Source of the DNA: Planctomycetota bacterium | GTDB lineage: Bacteria > Planctomycetota > PLA2 > JAEUHO01 | Reading direction: 5' to 3' | DNA length: 48,552 bases | NCBI GenBank assembly: GCA_050248855.1 | Contig: JBFWRP010000032.1 | Location: 1 to 48,552, forward strand | Shown here: positions 37,086 to 47,427 of the stretch, piece after piece | How positions within the stretch are numbered: position 1 is the stretch's first letter | How the letters are laid out: every line of letters begins with the position of its first letter | Made by a program: the position numbers and the translations under genes | The notes under the pieces: generated by a model | The model's input: the letters and a program-made list of their open reading frames with translations, nothing else | The model's database searches: none | Told to the model about the DNA's origin: nothing

Positions 37086-37308
37086 GCCTCCCACGATACG
37101 CAAACCCGCGGCCTGTCCGCTCGCTGGACTCGCGCCATGGGGCAAATCGGCGGGGCCGTCGCGGCGGCCGTCGTCTTGGCCACGTTGCCTGCTTGGTGGT
37201 TCGCGACGCCGGGCGAGAGAACCACCTCCTTGCCACTGACGACCAGCGTCCTCGCCGACATCCACCGCGACCCCTACGTGTCAGTTGTTCATGCCGACGG
37301 CAAAGCCC

Positions 37309-37406
37309 GTACGGAGGCGGGGAATTCTTCCGCAACTTGCAGATGGGCACCTCCGCATGCCGAAGCGCAGGGCGGCAAGTTGCGGAAGAAATCCCCGCCT
37401 CCGTAC
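37309..37406. repeat. REPIN-like inverted doublet of the GTACGGAGGCGGG repeat
   Basis: 32-bp arms (37309-37340 and 37375-37406) with 1 mismatch and a 34-bp spacer; GTAC faces outward. Confidence 0.85.
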
Positions 37407-37509
37407 CGCGTCTCGATGCGCGCGGCACCCCCTCTCATGGAAGAGCGGCTGTCGTCTATGGGCCCGGAGTTCAGGCACCTTCCATTGCAGGAACGACGCT
37501 CTCGCTTCC

Positions 37510-37808
37510 GTTCCGCGCTCCCGCGCGGACTCGGTGCTCCGGCTTCGCCTGCGCAGCAGGGGGGCTATTCCGTACCCCCCCTGCACCCCTCACGGTGCGG
37601 CGCCGCGGCAAGGGTCCCGACACATCCGGGGTTGCGAGGCGCGCGGAGGTGTCTGAACCTGTGCCTCGGAGCGAAGCGACGGGGGCACGGTGTCAGACAC
37701 CGAAGTGCGGCGTTCGCCGTCCGTCGGACGGCGACCCCTACGTGTCAGGCACCTTGCCCACGTTGCCGCTTCGCGGCGCCGCGGCAAGGGTCCCGACACA
37801 TCCGGGGT
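37510..37808. repeat. Mosaic repeat cluster 3' of tRNA-Ser
   Basis: 86-bp module (37510-37595), 55-bp module (37694-37748) and two perfect 36-bp direct repeats (37597-37632, 37773-37808). Confidence 0.85.
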
Positions 37809-37851
37809 CGCCAGGCGGCTAAAGCAGAGCCCTTGCACGCAAGGGGGAGGA

Positions 37852-37943
37852 TGGCGGAGAGGGAGGGATTTGAACCCTCGGTACAGGTAAACCCGTACGC
37901 CGGCTTAGCAAGCCGGTGCATTCGACCACTCTGCCACCTCTCC
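37852..37943 (-). tRNA. tRNA-Ser(GCT)
   Basis: Full cloverleaf GGAGAGG...CCGGC-TTGCTAA-GCCGG, long variable arm, GGTTCAAATCC, encoded CCA. Confidence 0.96.
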
Positions 37944-38048
37944 GCGGCGGGTCGGGGCGCCCTTATACCCTGGCGCGTGCCCCCCGGGCACGATGGCCGG
38001 ACCGGCGGCGATTGGGGAATCCGCCCGCACGGACCTTGAAGGAGTCGG

Positions 38049-39542
38049 ATGAGCGATTCGAGACAGAAGCGTGGCCCCCGCAGTCGCGGCCCTCGTCGTG
38101 AGGGTGGACAAGGTGGCCGCCGTGAGAGCGGTCGCCGTGATGGCGGCCGCCGTGAAGGTGGTCCCCGCAGGGGCGGACGCGACGGCGATGGCCGCTCCGG
38201 CGCCGGACGCGCGCCGAGCAGCGGGGGGCACGGCAAGGGACTCGTCACGTCGGGCGAGCCCGAGGCGGTGCCGGGCAACCTGCCGCAGACGGCGTTTGCC
38301 GCCTTCGACATCTCGCCGTGGCTCGTGCAGGCGATCGCCGCCGCGGGCTTCGTCAACCCGTCGCCGATCCAGGCGCGGATGATCCCGCTCGTGCTCGAAG
38401 AGAAGAACGTGATGGGTCGCTCGCGCACGGGCACCGGCAAGACCGCCGCGTTCTTGATCCCGCTGATCGCCCTGCTCGACGAGGTGGAGGACCCCGACGC
38501 CATTCGCGAAGGCCAGCCGCGCGGTCCCGTGCGCGTGCTTGTCGTCGTACCCACCCGCGAGCTGGCCATCCAGGTCGCCGAAGAGGCCGAGAAGCTCACG
38601 CGCTTCGTGCCCGTGCGCACCGTCTGCGCGTACGGGGGCACGCGGCTCGACGCACAGGCCCGGGCGCTTCGCGACGCCGCCATCGTGGTGGGCACGCCCG
38701 GCCGCCTCTTGGACCTGATCGGCCGCGGCTACCTCGACCTCTCCTCGCTGGACGCCATGGTCCTGGACGAGGTCGACCGCATGTACGACCTGGGCTTCCG
38801 CGAGGACGTGGACAAGCTGCTCGTCGCCGGCAAGGCCCGCAAGCAGACCGTGCTGACGTCGGCCACGCTCAACGAGGACGTCGAGGACCTGATCGCCAAG
38901 CACGTGGGCGACCACGAGCGCATCCTGATCGAGTCGCGCTCGATGACCGTCGACGAGGTCGACCAGCATTTCTACTACGTCGACCCGCGGCGCAAGCAGG
39001 ACCTGCTGCTCGAGGTGGCCCGCGAGCTCCAGCCCACCCGCGGCATCGTGTTCGTTCGTACCCGCTTCAGCGTGGATCGCGTGACCTACCAGCTGCAGCA
39101 GCGGGGCATCAACGCCGAGCTCATCCACAGCGGGCTGGTGCAGCGCCAGCGCGAGCGGATCCTCGAGCGGTTCAAGCAGGGCGAGTTCCCGCTCCTCATC
39201 GCCACGGACGTGGCCTCCCGGGGTCTGGACATCGAGGGGATCACGCACGTGATCAACTTCGACCTGCCCCAGACGCCCGAGGACTACGTCCACCGCGTCG
39301 GGCGGACCGCCCGCTTCGGGGCCCGCGGCACGGCCGTCAGCTTCGTGACCCAGGACGACGGCCCGCTGCTCACGGCCATCGAGAAGCTGATCAACAAGGA
39401 GATCCGCCAGGAATCCTTCCCGGGCTTCGAGGCAGCCCCGCCCCCAGCGACCGGACCCACGGCCGAGGCCGCGACCGCCAAGCCGGTCGATCGCCCCGTG
39501 GGTCTCCCGCCCTGGGCCAACGTCAAGCGTCGGCGCCGGTAG
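38049..39542 (+). CDS. DEAD/DEAH-box RNA helicase
   Basis: GTGKT, PTRELA, TPGR, DEVD, SAT, SRGLD, HRVGRTAR; Arg/Gly-rich N-terminal tail. Confidence 0.94.
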   Translation: MSDSRQKRGPRSRGPRREGGQGGRRESGRRDGGRREGGPRRGGRDGDGRSGAGRAPSSGGHGKGLVTSGEPEAVPGNLPQTAFAAFDISPWLVQAIAAAGFVNPSPIQARMIPLVLEEKNVMGRSRTGTGKTAAFLIPLIALLDEVEDPDAIREGQPRGPVRVLVVVPTRELAIQVAEEAEKLTRFVPVRTVCAYGGTRLDAQARALRDAAIVVGTPGRLLDLIGRGYLDLSSLDAMVLDEVDRMYDLGFREDVDKLLVAGKARKQTVLTSATLNEDVEDLIAKHVGDHERILIESRSMTVDEVDQHFYYVDPRRKQDLLLEVARELQPTRGIVFVRTRFSVDRVTYQLQQRGINAELIHSGLVQRQRERILERFKQGEFPLLIATDVASRGLDIEGITHVINFDLPQTPEDYVHRVGRTARFGARGTAVSFVTQDDGPLLTAIEKLINKEIRQESFPGFEAAPPPATGPTAEAATAKPVDRPVGLPPWANVKRRRR

Positions 39543-39654
39543 GCGCTTGCGACCCCTCGCCCGGTCGCCCCAGTCCGCCCGGACGCCCGCCGATTACCAT
39601 CGGAGAGCACCGGGCCCTGGGGAGGGCCTCCGCCGACGAGGGAGAGGACGCCGA

Positions 39655-42015
39655 ATGAGTGCCCTGCGCCTTGGCGCGCCGCGACGTCGTCGCGTCGTGC
39701 CCGTGCTCGCCCTCGTGCTGCTCGTCGCCGCGTCGGCCCCCGCGTCGGCCGACGAGATCGACGTGGGTACGCCCCCGGCGATGGCCGGCGAGCACCCGGC
39801 GCCGCCGCCGGGCGGCCACGTGCCGACGGGAGCCCAGGCCGAGGGCGATGACGTCGTGGTCGAGGAGCCCGCTCCCGCGGACGCCGCAGCGCCGGTCGAG
39901 GCCGGGGGCCGGCCGCGTCCGCCCGAGCCGCCGCCGCCGGGCACGAGCCTGCCGGGCTGGGATCTGGACTACCTCGATGCCGACCAGGGCACGCCGCTGG
40001 CGCTGCCGCGGCCCGCTCCCTTCTCCAAGCTGCGCGACCTGCCGCTGCGTCACGACGAGCGCATCGCCTCGCTCGATGGCACGCGGCGCCCGCTGAAGCG
40101 CATCCCGCAGTGGGTCGACGTGATCGAGGGCGAAGAGCTTCGCGCCTGGCGGCCCTACGACATCGGTCTCCTGGCCTCGCGCCACCCCAACGTGCTCATC
40201 CGCGACGGCGGCAACCCGTTCCTCCAGCTGCCGGTCATCCGGGGGCTAGGTGGCGACCGCGTCAAGGTGCTGACCGACGGGGTCTGGCCCGGTACGCAGA
40301 CGCTCGGCAGCCAGGGCGCTTCGCTGAGCCTCTGGGACCCCGAGTCCACGGAGCGCGTCGAGATCTTCCACGGTCCGGGCGCCTACCTCCGCGCCATCGA
40401 CTCGCCCGGGGGCATGATCAACATCGTGCCACGTCGGCCGCGCCAGCACGGCGCGTTCACGGGCGACTGGGGCTTCCGTAGCGCCTACGACACCGCCACG
40501 CGCACGTGGCGCAACCGCGCCGAAGTGGACGTGGGCGAGGGACGCGTGGCCGCGCTGGCCGGCGTCACGTACACCACGCGCGGCGATCGCGAGACGCCGT
40601 CGGGCACGCTCGAGCCCAGCGACTACGACCAAGTCGCCGCGGACGTGGCACTGGACTACTTCCTGACGCCCAAGAGCCGCATCGGCATCACGGCCCAGTA
40701 CGTCAAGGCCTACGACATCGACAGCCCGCTGGCCACGGGCACGGCGTTCGCCGACCCCTCCTTCGAGCGCATGTTCCTGGCCGTCACGCTCAGCAGCTTC
40801 GACGTGGGCGGGTTCTTCCACGGCCACCAGACGTCACTGGCGCTCGATGCGTTCTTCCAGGACGAGGATCGCTCGATCACCGACGTCAACGCCGGCATCG
40901 GCAGCCAGGACGACGTCACGCGGTTCAACTACAACCTGCAAGGCACGCTCAACCTGTGGTGCGGGCACGAGACCTGGGCCGAGCTGGGCATCTCCTACGC
41001 GCACCTCAAGCGCACCGAGACCCTGCTTTGCATCCCGGTCGGCACGGACGGGCTGCCCACGCGAGGCGGCAAGCCGAGCGGCACCACGCCCATCACGCGG
41101 GCCGAGATCGACCAGTGCGAGCCGGTCTCCCGCATGTACGAAGCGGAAGAGATCCTGATCACCGCGCTGCTCGAGGACCAGGTGCACTGCGAGTGCTGGG
41201 ACCTCTACTCGGGCATCCGCCTGGACTGGTGGCACGTCGAGGACGATCGCTTCGACGACACGCTCGACAAGCTGCTCGTGAGCGGCGCGATCGGCTACGC
41301 GCGCCATCTGGACAAGCGCGTCAGCGCCTACGGCAACGTGTCCCTCGGCTACCGCCGGCCGTCGATCTACGAGCGCACGGCCACGGAGGTCCTGGACGGG
41401 CGCATCGTGTTCGCCAACCCGGACCTCGACCCCGAGCTCCACGGCAACGCCGAGGTGGGGCTCAAGGCGTCCTGGGCCAACCGGGCCAGCGTGCAGGCCG
41501 CCGTGTTCACGCACTACATCGACGACACCATCACCGAGCTGGAGCTGGCCGGTCCGCCTGCGGCCTCGGAGCTCGTCAACGGCGGCGAGGTCTGGCTCTA
41601 CGGCGTCGAGGTGCAGGGTGCGTGGCGCCCCATCTGGACGATCGAGGGCCTCGAGCTGTTCGCGGGCGTGGGGACCACGCGTTCGTCGGCCACGGACCTC
41701 GTCGACCACGTGCCCTTCCACTGGCGGGCCGGGTCGCGCTACAGCGTGCCGGCGCCCAAGGGCTACCGCGTGCGCCGCTGGTACGCCGAGCTGGCCGCCC
41801 ACGGCGCGGACGACTGGCGCGACGGGCCCCGCGCGGGCGACGGGTACGTCACCGCGGACCTGATCCTGGGCCTGGGCCTGGACCTGGGCTGCGGCCGCCA
41901 GGCCTCCTTCAACGCCGGGATCACGAACCTGCTCGACGAGGACTACGCGGCCCCGCGGTCGGCCTTGCCCGCGGCCGGGCTGTCCTTCTTCGCGGGCTTC
42001 GAGGTCGATTTCTAG
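39655..42015 (+). CDS. TonB-dependent outer-membrane receptor
   Basis: Signal peptide, plug motifs (IRGLG, ERVEIFHGP, GGMINIV), NPDLDPE, NLLDEDY, terminal Phe. Confidence 0.88.
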   Translation: MSALRLGAPRRRRVVPVLALVLLVAASAPASADEIDVGTPPAMAGEHPAPPPGGHVPTGAQAEGDDVVVEEPAPADAAAPVEAGGRPRPPEPPPPGTSLPGWDLDYLDADQGTPLALPRPAPFSKLRDLPLRHDERIASLDGTRRPLKRIPQWVDVIEGEELRAWRPYDIGLLASRHPNVLIRDGGNPFLQLPVIRGLGGDRVKVLTDGVWPGTQTLGSQGASLSLWDPESTERVEIFHGPGAYLRAIDSPGGMINIVPRRPRQHGAFTGDWGFRSAYDTATRTWRNRAEVDVGEGRVAALAGVTYTTRGDRETPSGTLEPSDYDQVAADVALDYFLTPKSRIGITAQYVKAYDIDSPLATGTAFADPSFERMFLAVTLSSFDVGGFFHGHQTSLALDAFFQDEDRSITDVNAGIGSQDDVTRFNYNLQGTLNLWCGHETWAELGISYAHLKRTETLLCIPVGTDGLPTRGGKPSGTTPITRAEIDQCEPVSRMYEAEEILITALLEDQVHCECWDLYSGIRLDWWHVEDDRFDDTLDKLLVSGAIGYARHLDKRVSAYGNVSLGYRRPSIYERTATEVLDGRIVFANPDLDPELHGNAEVGLKASWANRASVQAAVFTHYIDDTITELELAGPPAASELVNGGEVWLYGVEVQGAWRPIWTIEGLELFAGVGTTRSSATDLVDHVPFHWRAGSRYSVPAPKGYRVRRWYAELAAHGADDWRDGPRAGDGYVTADLILGLGLDLGCGRQASFNAGITNLLDEDYAAPRSALPAAGLSFFAGFEVDF

Positions 42016-42329
42016 AGGACGGCCCTACGGGGGTGTGCGCCGACGGGCCGTCGCCGGTAGGATCCCGCGCGATCCGCCCTGGGCCGGCACCGTGACGACC
42101 GGGCCCGCAGGCGGATCGCGCGGCGAGGCGGAGAAGCAGTCCAGGCGATTCCCGAGGCATTCCGGTCCTCGACCCCTTCCCGCCGGCGCGGATCCCACCT
42201 TGGACCGCCACGCCACGCGGAAAGCGATGCAGGCAGCCGGTGGCCTCGTGCCCTGGGATCCGCCTCGGGCGGTGCAAACCGTCCGCGCCGCGCCCTGAAG
42301 CCCCGGACGACCCCACGAAAGGACGTGGC

Positions 42330-44429
42330 ATGCCCTGGAAGACCGAGATCGACCGCATCGTCGGCCGTGCACTGAGCGAGGCCGCCAAGGCCGGTGGCAA
42401 CGAGGCCGAGCGCGCCGTGCGCGCGGCGCTGGACCTGGTGGAGATGGCGCCCGACCGCGAGGCGAGCCACTTCCACCTCGGCACCATCGAGGAGCTGATG
42501 GAGGCCCAGGCCGGCGAGCTGCCCGAGAGCACCGGACAGGCCGAGCGCTGGCGCCACCTGGGACGGCTCGACGCGGCCTCCCGCCGCGGCCAGAAGGAGC
42601 GCTTGCAGGCGCTCGTCGAGACCGAGCTGTTCGACGAGACGCTCGACCAGCCCGAGGGCCGCGTGGCGCTTCGCGCCGTGGGCCGCCCGCTCTTGCGGGA
42701 GGGCGAGGACCAGCGCGTCTTCGACTGGTACGTGCGCCACCTCAAGGCCACGAACGACGACCAGAGCCGCAAGGACGCCGAGTTCCTGCTGGAAGAGGCC
42801 CTCCGGCGCGCCGATCGGTACGAGCGTGGCGAGCGTAACGAGGACGAGGTGCTGGCTCGCCTGGAGCGCGCCAGCGCGTTCGTGCGCGCCGCCGGCCTCG
42901 ACCCCCGCGCGGGCGCCAAGGTGGATCGCAAGATGGGCCGCGTGCACCAGCTGGGCGAGCGGTGGCGCGAGGCGGCGGCCTGCTACCGCCGGGCCCTGGA
43001 AGGCCTCCCCGAGGACGACGCCTACCGCAGCGTCCTCGTGGGCGACCTGGCCCTGGCCACGCTGGGCGTGCGCGGCACCCTGGACCTCTTGCCCGAACAC
43101 GAGCGCGAGGGCCGCGACGAGGCGCTCGAGATCCTCGAGGGCGAGGACACCGAGGGCGAAGGCCGCTCGTACAACGCCATCTACACGATGGGCGTGTTGC
43201 GCTACGAGAAGGGCGACTACGCGGGCGCAGCCACGGCGTTCGCCGAGGCGGACCAGCTGATGCGCGAGAACCGCGCCAAGGCCCGCATCGTCCACGCCCG
43301 TTCGCGGTTCTTCCGCGGGCACTGCCTGCTCAAGATGGGCGCCGAGGGCGAAACGCTCGAGGAAGCACGTCGCCTGGTCACGAAGGACGCCGGCCCCTCG
43401 AACCTGCCGGTCGAGGTCAAGGACGCGGTCTTCGCCGACCTCGGCGAGGCCGCGCCCGAGAGCGGGCGTGGACGCCGTGGTCGTCGCGGTCGGGGCGGCG
43501 CGGCCCAGCAGGCGCCCGCCGCCGAGTCCATGGACGCGGCCGCCGCGCTCACCGCGGCCAAGGCCGCCCTGGCCGACGACCCGCGCGCGGCGCTGGAGTT
43601 CGTCGATCGTGCGTTCCGCAGCCAGCCCGATTTCGACACGTGGTACGGCGCCTACCGCACGCGCCTCGAGGCGCTGCTCGCGCTCGAAGCGTTGGACGAG
43701 GCCCGTCGCACGTACGACCGCTTCCGCGCGAAGCTCTTCCAGGGCGAGGCCCTGGAGCACGTCGAGCACCTGCTCGACGAGGAGGACGGCCCCGTCGGGG
43801 AGCTGCTCGACGACGCCGACTTGGCGCTCGAGCGCGTCGACCTCTACGAGGTGATGCCCGACCGCGCCGAGCAGCTGACGGCGAGCCTCGTCGACGCCGT
43901 CGAGGCGTGCCTGGAGCGCGGGGCCGCCGGCGACGCTGCGCGCGCCGTGGCCCTCGCGCGCAGCGCCCAGGCCCATGGGGCGGCCGGGGCCGATGCCCTC
44001 CTCGGCAAGGCGCTGGAGGCCGCGTCGGGTGCCGGCGAGGGCGAGGGCCCGCTGCCGAGCAAGGACGAGACCCGCGAGCTCCTCGGCGAGCTCGAGGAGC
44101 CGCTACGCATCCTCGTGGTGGGTGGTGACGAGGGGCGCCGGCCCCACCTCGAGCGCTTCGAGGCGCTGCAGAAGGACCTCGGGTTCGCCGGCTCCTGGAT
44201 CTTCACCTCGGCCCGCTCGCCGCAGCAGGCCCTGCAGGAGATCGAGTCGGCGGCCGAAGGGGCCGAAGCCCTGCTGCTACACCCGCGGACCGAGCTGGAG
44301 CTCAAGCAGGCCGTGCTGTCCATGGCGCAGGACCTGGACCTGCCGGTCCGCCAGGCCGCCTGGCTGGGGGCTGACGGCGTCGAGAACGAGGTCTTGCGTA
44401 CCCTGGACTCCTGCTTCGAGGACGAGTGA
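42330..44429 (+). CDS. TPR-like helical protein with C-terminal DUF2325-like domain
   Basis: AAACYRRAL and GDYAGAATAF repeats; C-terminal ILVVGG small alpha/beta domain. Confidence 0.65.
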   Translation: MPWKTEIDRIVGRALSEAAKAGGNEAERAVRAALDLVEMAPDREASHFHLGTIEELMEAQAGELPESTGQAERWRHLGRLDAASRRGQKERLQALVETELFDETLDQPEGRVALRAVGRPLLREGEDQRVFDWYVRHLKATNDDQSRKDAEFLLEEALRRADRYERGERNEDEVLARLERASAFVRAAGLDPRAGAKVDRKMGRVHQLGERWREAAACYRRALEGLPEDDAYRSVLVGDLALATLGVRGTLDLLPEHEREGRDEALEILEGEDTEGEGRSYNAIYTMGVLRYEKGDYAGAATAFAEADQLMRENRAKARIVHARSRFFRGHCLLKMGAEGETLEEARRLVTKDAGPSNLPVEVKDAVFADLGEAAPESGRGRRGRRGRGGAAQQAPAAESMDAAAALTAAKAALADDPRAALEFVDRAFRSQPDFDTWYGAYRTRLEALLALEALDEARRTYDRFRAKLFQGEALEHVEHLLDEEDGPVGELLDDADLALERVDLYEVMPDRAEQLTASLVDAVEACLERGAAGDAARAVALARSAQAHGAAGADALLGKALEAASGAGEGEGPLPSKDETRELLGELEEPLRILVVGGDEGRRPHLERFEALQKDLGFAGSWIFTSARSPQQALQEIESAAEGAEALLLHPRTELELKQAVLSMAQDLDLPVRQAAWLGADGVENEVLRTLDSCFEDE

Positions 44430-44452
44430 TCGGCCCGAGCGAGGGGAGGAGC

Positions 44453-45820
44453 ATGGCCTTGTCGACGACCGAGGAGCGCAGCGCGAGCACCGGTACGACG
44501 CCCGAGGACGTCCACGCCGCGCGTCGCCGCCGCTTCATGCGCCAGATCGGGGACCAGGCGGCGGCGCTGGTGTTCGCCAGTCCCGTCCGCACGCGCAGCA
44601 ACGACACGACGTACGCCTACCGGCCCAGCAGCGACCTCTGGTACTTGACGGGCTGCGAAGAGCCCGATGCCGCGTGCCTGTTGCTGCCCGGGCACGAGGA
44701 GCACCCCTACGTGCTCTTCGTGCGCCCGCGCGACTTCTCCCGCGAAGTGTGGGATGGGCCGCGCCTGGGCCTGGAGGGCGCGCACGAGGTCCTGGGCGCC
44801 GACAAGGTGTTCGCGATCGCCGAGCTCGACGACGTGCTGCCCAAGCTCCTGCTCGGCCGCTCCATGATCGTGCACCACTTGGGCCGCGACGCGGACGCCG
44901 ACCGCCACGTGGTGACGGCGTACGCCAAGGCGCAAGGGCTGGCCCGCGGCCGGGCGACGGCGCCCACGTCGATCGTGGACATCGCGCCGCTGCTGCACGA
45001 GCAGCGCTTGATCAAGGCCCCCGAGGAGATCGGGCGCCTGCGCGAGGCATGCCGCATCAGCGCGGAGGGGCACCGCGTGGCCATGGCGCGCACGCGGCCC
45101 GGCCTCAAGGAGTACCAGCTGCAGGCGGAGATCGAGTTCGCGTTCCGCAAGGCGGGCGCGAGCGGCCCGTCCTACGAGACGATCGTGGGCGGCGGCGCCA
45201 ACGCGTGCGTGCTGCATTACATCAGCAACCAGGGGACGCTGGCCGACGGCGATCTCGTGCTGGTGGACGCGGGCGCGGAGTACGGTTGGTACGCGGGCGA
45301 CATCACGCGCACGTGGCCGGTGAACGGCCGCTTCGAGGGCCGCCAGCGCACCATCTACGACTTGGTGCTGCGTGCCGAGCAGACCGTCATCCGCAAGGTC
45401 AAGCCCGGCGTGCCGTGGACGGACCTGCACCAGACGGCCGTCGAGGTGATCAGCGCCGGGCTCGTGGACCTCGGCATCTTCGAGGGCCCCGTCGAGAAGG
45501 TTGTCGAGGAGAAGCTGTTCCGGAAGTTCTTCATGCATGGCACCGGCCACTGGCTCGGCATGGACGTGCACGACGTGGGCATGTACGTGACGGCCGGTGG
45601 CTCGCCGCGCGTGCTCGAGCCGGGCATGGTGTTCACGGTCGAACCGGGCATCTACTTCCACCCCCAGGAGGAGGCCACGCCCGAGGCGTGGCGCGGGATC
45701 GGGGTGCGCATCGAGGACGACGTGCTCGTTACGGAGTCGGGTTGCGAGGTGCTGACCTCGGGCGTGCCCAAGGAGCCCGAGGAGATCGAGGCGCTGGTCG
45801 GTAGCGACCCCGCGGCATGA
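44453..45820 (+). CDS. pepP: Xaa-Pro aminopeptidase P
   Basis: DLWYLTG, LHY, DAGAE..WYAGDITRT, HWLGMDVHD, TVEPGIY, GVRIEDD. Confidence 0.95.
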   Translation: MALSTTEERSASTGTTPEDVHAARRRRFMRQIGDQAAALVFASPVRTRSNDTTYAYRPSSDLWYLTGCEEPDAACLLLPGHEEHPYVLFVRPRDFSREVWDGPRLGLEGAHEVLGADKVFAIAELDDVLPKLLLGRSMIVHHLGRDADADRHVVTAYAKAQGLARGRATAPTSIVDIAPLLHEQRLIKAPEEIGRLREACRISAEGHRVAMARTRPGLKEYQLQAEIEFAFRKAGASGPSYETIVGGGANACVLHYISNQGTLADGDLVLVDAGAEYGWYAGDITRTWPVNGRFEGRQRTIYDLVLRAEQTVIRKVKPGVPWTDLHQTAVEVISAGLVDLGIFEGPVEKVVEEKLFRKFFMHGTGHWLGMDVHDVGMYVTAGGSPRVLEPGMVFTVEPGIYFHPQEEATPEAWRGIGVRIEDDVLVTESGCEVLTSGVPKEPEEIEALVGSDPAA

Positions 45821-46602
45821 AGGTGCTGGCGCTGGTCGCGGTCCTCGTGGGCATCCTCGCTGGCTGCGGCCGCGAGGATGTCGTGGAGGGCCCGGCGGCC
45901 ACGCTCGACGCGGCGAAGGCCCGCGGTCACCTGGTGGTCGCGCTCGAGCCCGAGTTCAAGCCCTTCGAGTACCTCGACGACACGGGCACGCTGATGGGCT
46001 TCGACGTGGATCTCGCGCGCGAGATCGGCAAGGAGCTGGGCGTCGAGGTGAAGTTCCGCTCCGTGGAGTGGGAGAGCATCCTGCCGGCCCTGCTCACGGG
46101 CGAGGCCGACCTGATCGTGAGCGGCATGACGGCCACGGAGGAGCGTGCGCAGAAGGTGGCGTTCACGCGACCGTACCACCGCACGATCACGTGTCTCCTG
46201 GTCTCGACCGAGCGCGCGCCGGGCATCGCGATGTTCGACGAGCTGGACGAGGACGGACGGGTCGTCGTCGTGAAGGAGGGGACGACGGGGGACCAAGCCG
46301 CTCGTGCCCGCTTGAAGCACGCCACGGTGAAGGCCTTCCCGACCGAGCTGGCCGCCGCGCAGGAAGTGGCCACGGGCATGGCCGACGCGTTCCTCTACGA
46401 CCTCGTCAGCATCCGCAACCACCACGCCCGGGCGCCGTCCACGACCTACGTGCTGGAGGCGCCGGTGACCTCCGAGCCCTACGCCATCGCCTGCCGACGC
46501 GGCGAGCCGGAAACGGTCAAGCGCCTCGATGCGATCCTGTCGGCCATGGACGCCGACGGGCGGCTCGAGCAGCTCCACGAACGCCACGGTCTGGCGCGCT
46601 GA
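45817..46602 (+). CDS. Polar amino-acid ABC transporter substrate-binding lipoprotein
   Basis: LAGC lipobox, PFEY, GFDVDLA, SGMTATEER. Confidence 0.92.
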   Translation: MKVLALVAVLVGILAGCGREDVVEGPAATLDAAKARGHLVVALEPEFKPFEYLDDTGTLMGFDVDLAREIGKELGVEVKFRSVEWESILPALLTGEADLIVSGMTATEERAQKVAFTRPYHRTITCLLVSTERAPGIAMFDELDEDGRVVVVKEGTTGDQAARARLKHATVKAFPTELAAAQEVATGMADAFLYDLVSIRNHHARAPSTTYVLEAPVTSEPYAIACRRGEPETVKRLDAILSAMDADGRLEQLHERHGLAR

Positions 46603-46638
46603 TCTCCGATCGCGGGCGTGCCAGGGGAGAGGACGCCC

Positions 46639-47427
46639 ATGCCCGCCGCGACGATCGCCTCCGCGCCTCGCCACCTGCTCGGGCGCACGGCCCTGACCCT
46701 TGGCGTCCTCGGCGGCGCCCTGGCCTTGTTGCACGTGTTCGGACGCTACGAGTTCGACTACGCGCTCGTTTGGGGACAGGGCACCTACATCGAGCGTTTC
46801 GCCAAGGGGCTGCTGCTGACGCTCGGCATCTCCGTGGGGGGGATGGTGATCGCCATCGTGCTGGGGGCCGTGGGTGCGGCGGGGCGGCTGTCCAGGCGTT
46901 GGGTGCCCAACCAGCTGGCGGCGATCTACGTGGAGGTCGTGCGCGGGACGCCCTTCCTCGTGCAGATCCTGGTCGTCTACTACGGACTGCGACCCGTGCT
47001 TCGGGGTGCGGGCTGGCCCGAGGCCATCGTCGGCGACGTGCCGCTGGCCGTGCTGACGTTGGGTGTGTTCGGTGGCGCCTACGTCACCGAGATCATCCGC
47101 GGCGCGCTCGAGAGCGTGCCGCATGGCCAAGTCGAGGCGGCGCGCGCGCAGGGCTTGGGCCCCGCCGCCACGATGCGGTTCGTCGTGGTTCCGCAGGCCT
47201 TGCCCGCCATGGTGCCGGCCCTGACGGGTCAGCTGGTGAACCTGGTCAAGGACAGCTCGCTGTTCAGCGCCGTCGCCGTGATGGAGCTGATGAAGCAAGG
47301 TCGTACGGCCGTGGCGAACACGTATGCGGCCTTCGAGGTCTACGTCCCGCTGGCCTTCCTCTACCTCCTGGTGACCTTCCCCCTCGGCCGTCTGGCCCGA
47401 CGGCTCGAAACCAAGGCGGCCGTGTGA
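46639..47427 (+). CDS. Polar amino-acid ABC transporter permease
   Basis: RGTPFLVQI, AYVTEIIRG, GQVEAA, LVKDSSL. Confidence 0.93.
   Translation: MPAATIASAPRHLLGRTALTLGVLGGALALLHVFGRYEFDYALVWGQGTYIERFAKGLLLTLGISVGGMVIAIVLGAVGAAGRLSRRWVPNQLAAIYVEVVRGTPFLVQILVVYYGLRPVLRGAGWPEAIVGDVPLAVLTLGVFGGAYVTEIIRGALESVPHGQVEAARAQGLGPAATMRFVVVPQALPAMVPALTGQLVNLVKDSSLFSAVAVMELMKQGRTAVANTYAAFEVYVPLAFLYLLVTFPLGRLARRLETKAAV

Noticed and set aside
37597..37808. CRISPR array (36-bp identical repeats)
   Set aside because: Only two copies, a 140-bp interval that is itself repetitive, and no cas genes in the window.
38766..38777. DEVD instead of DEAD in the helicase
   Set aside because: A common natural DExD variant; all other motifs are intact.
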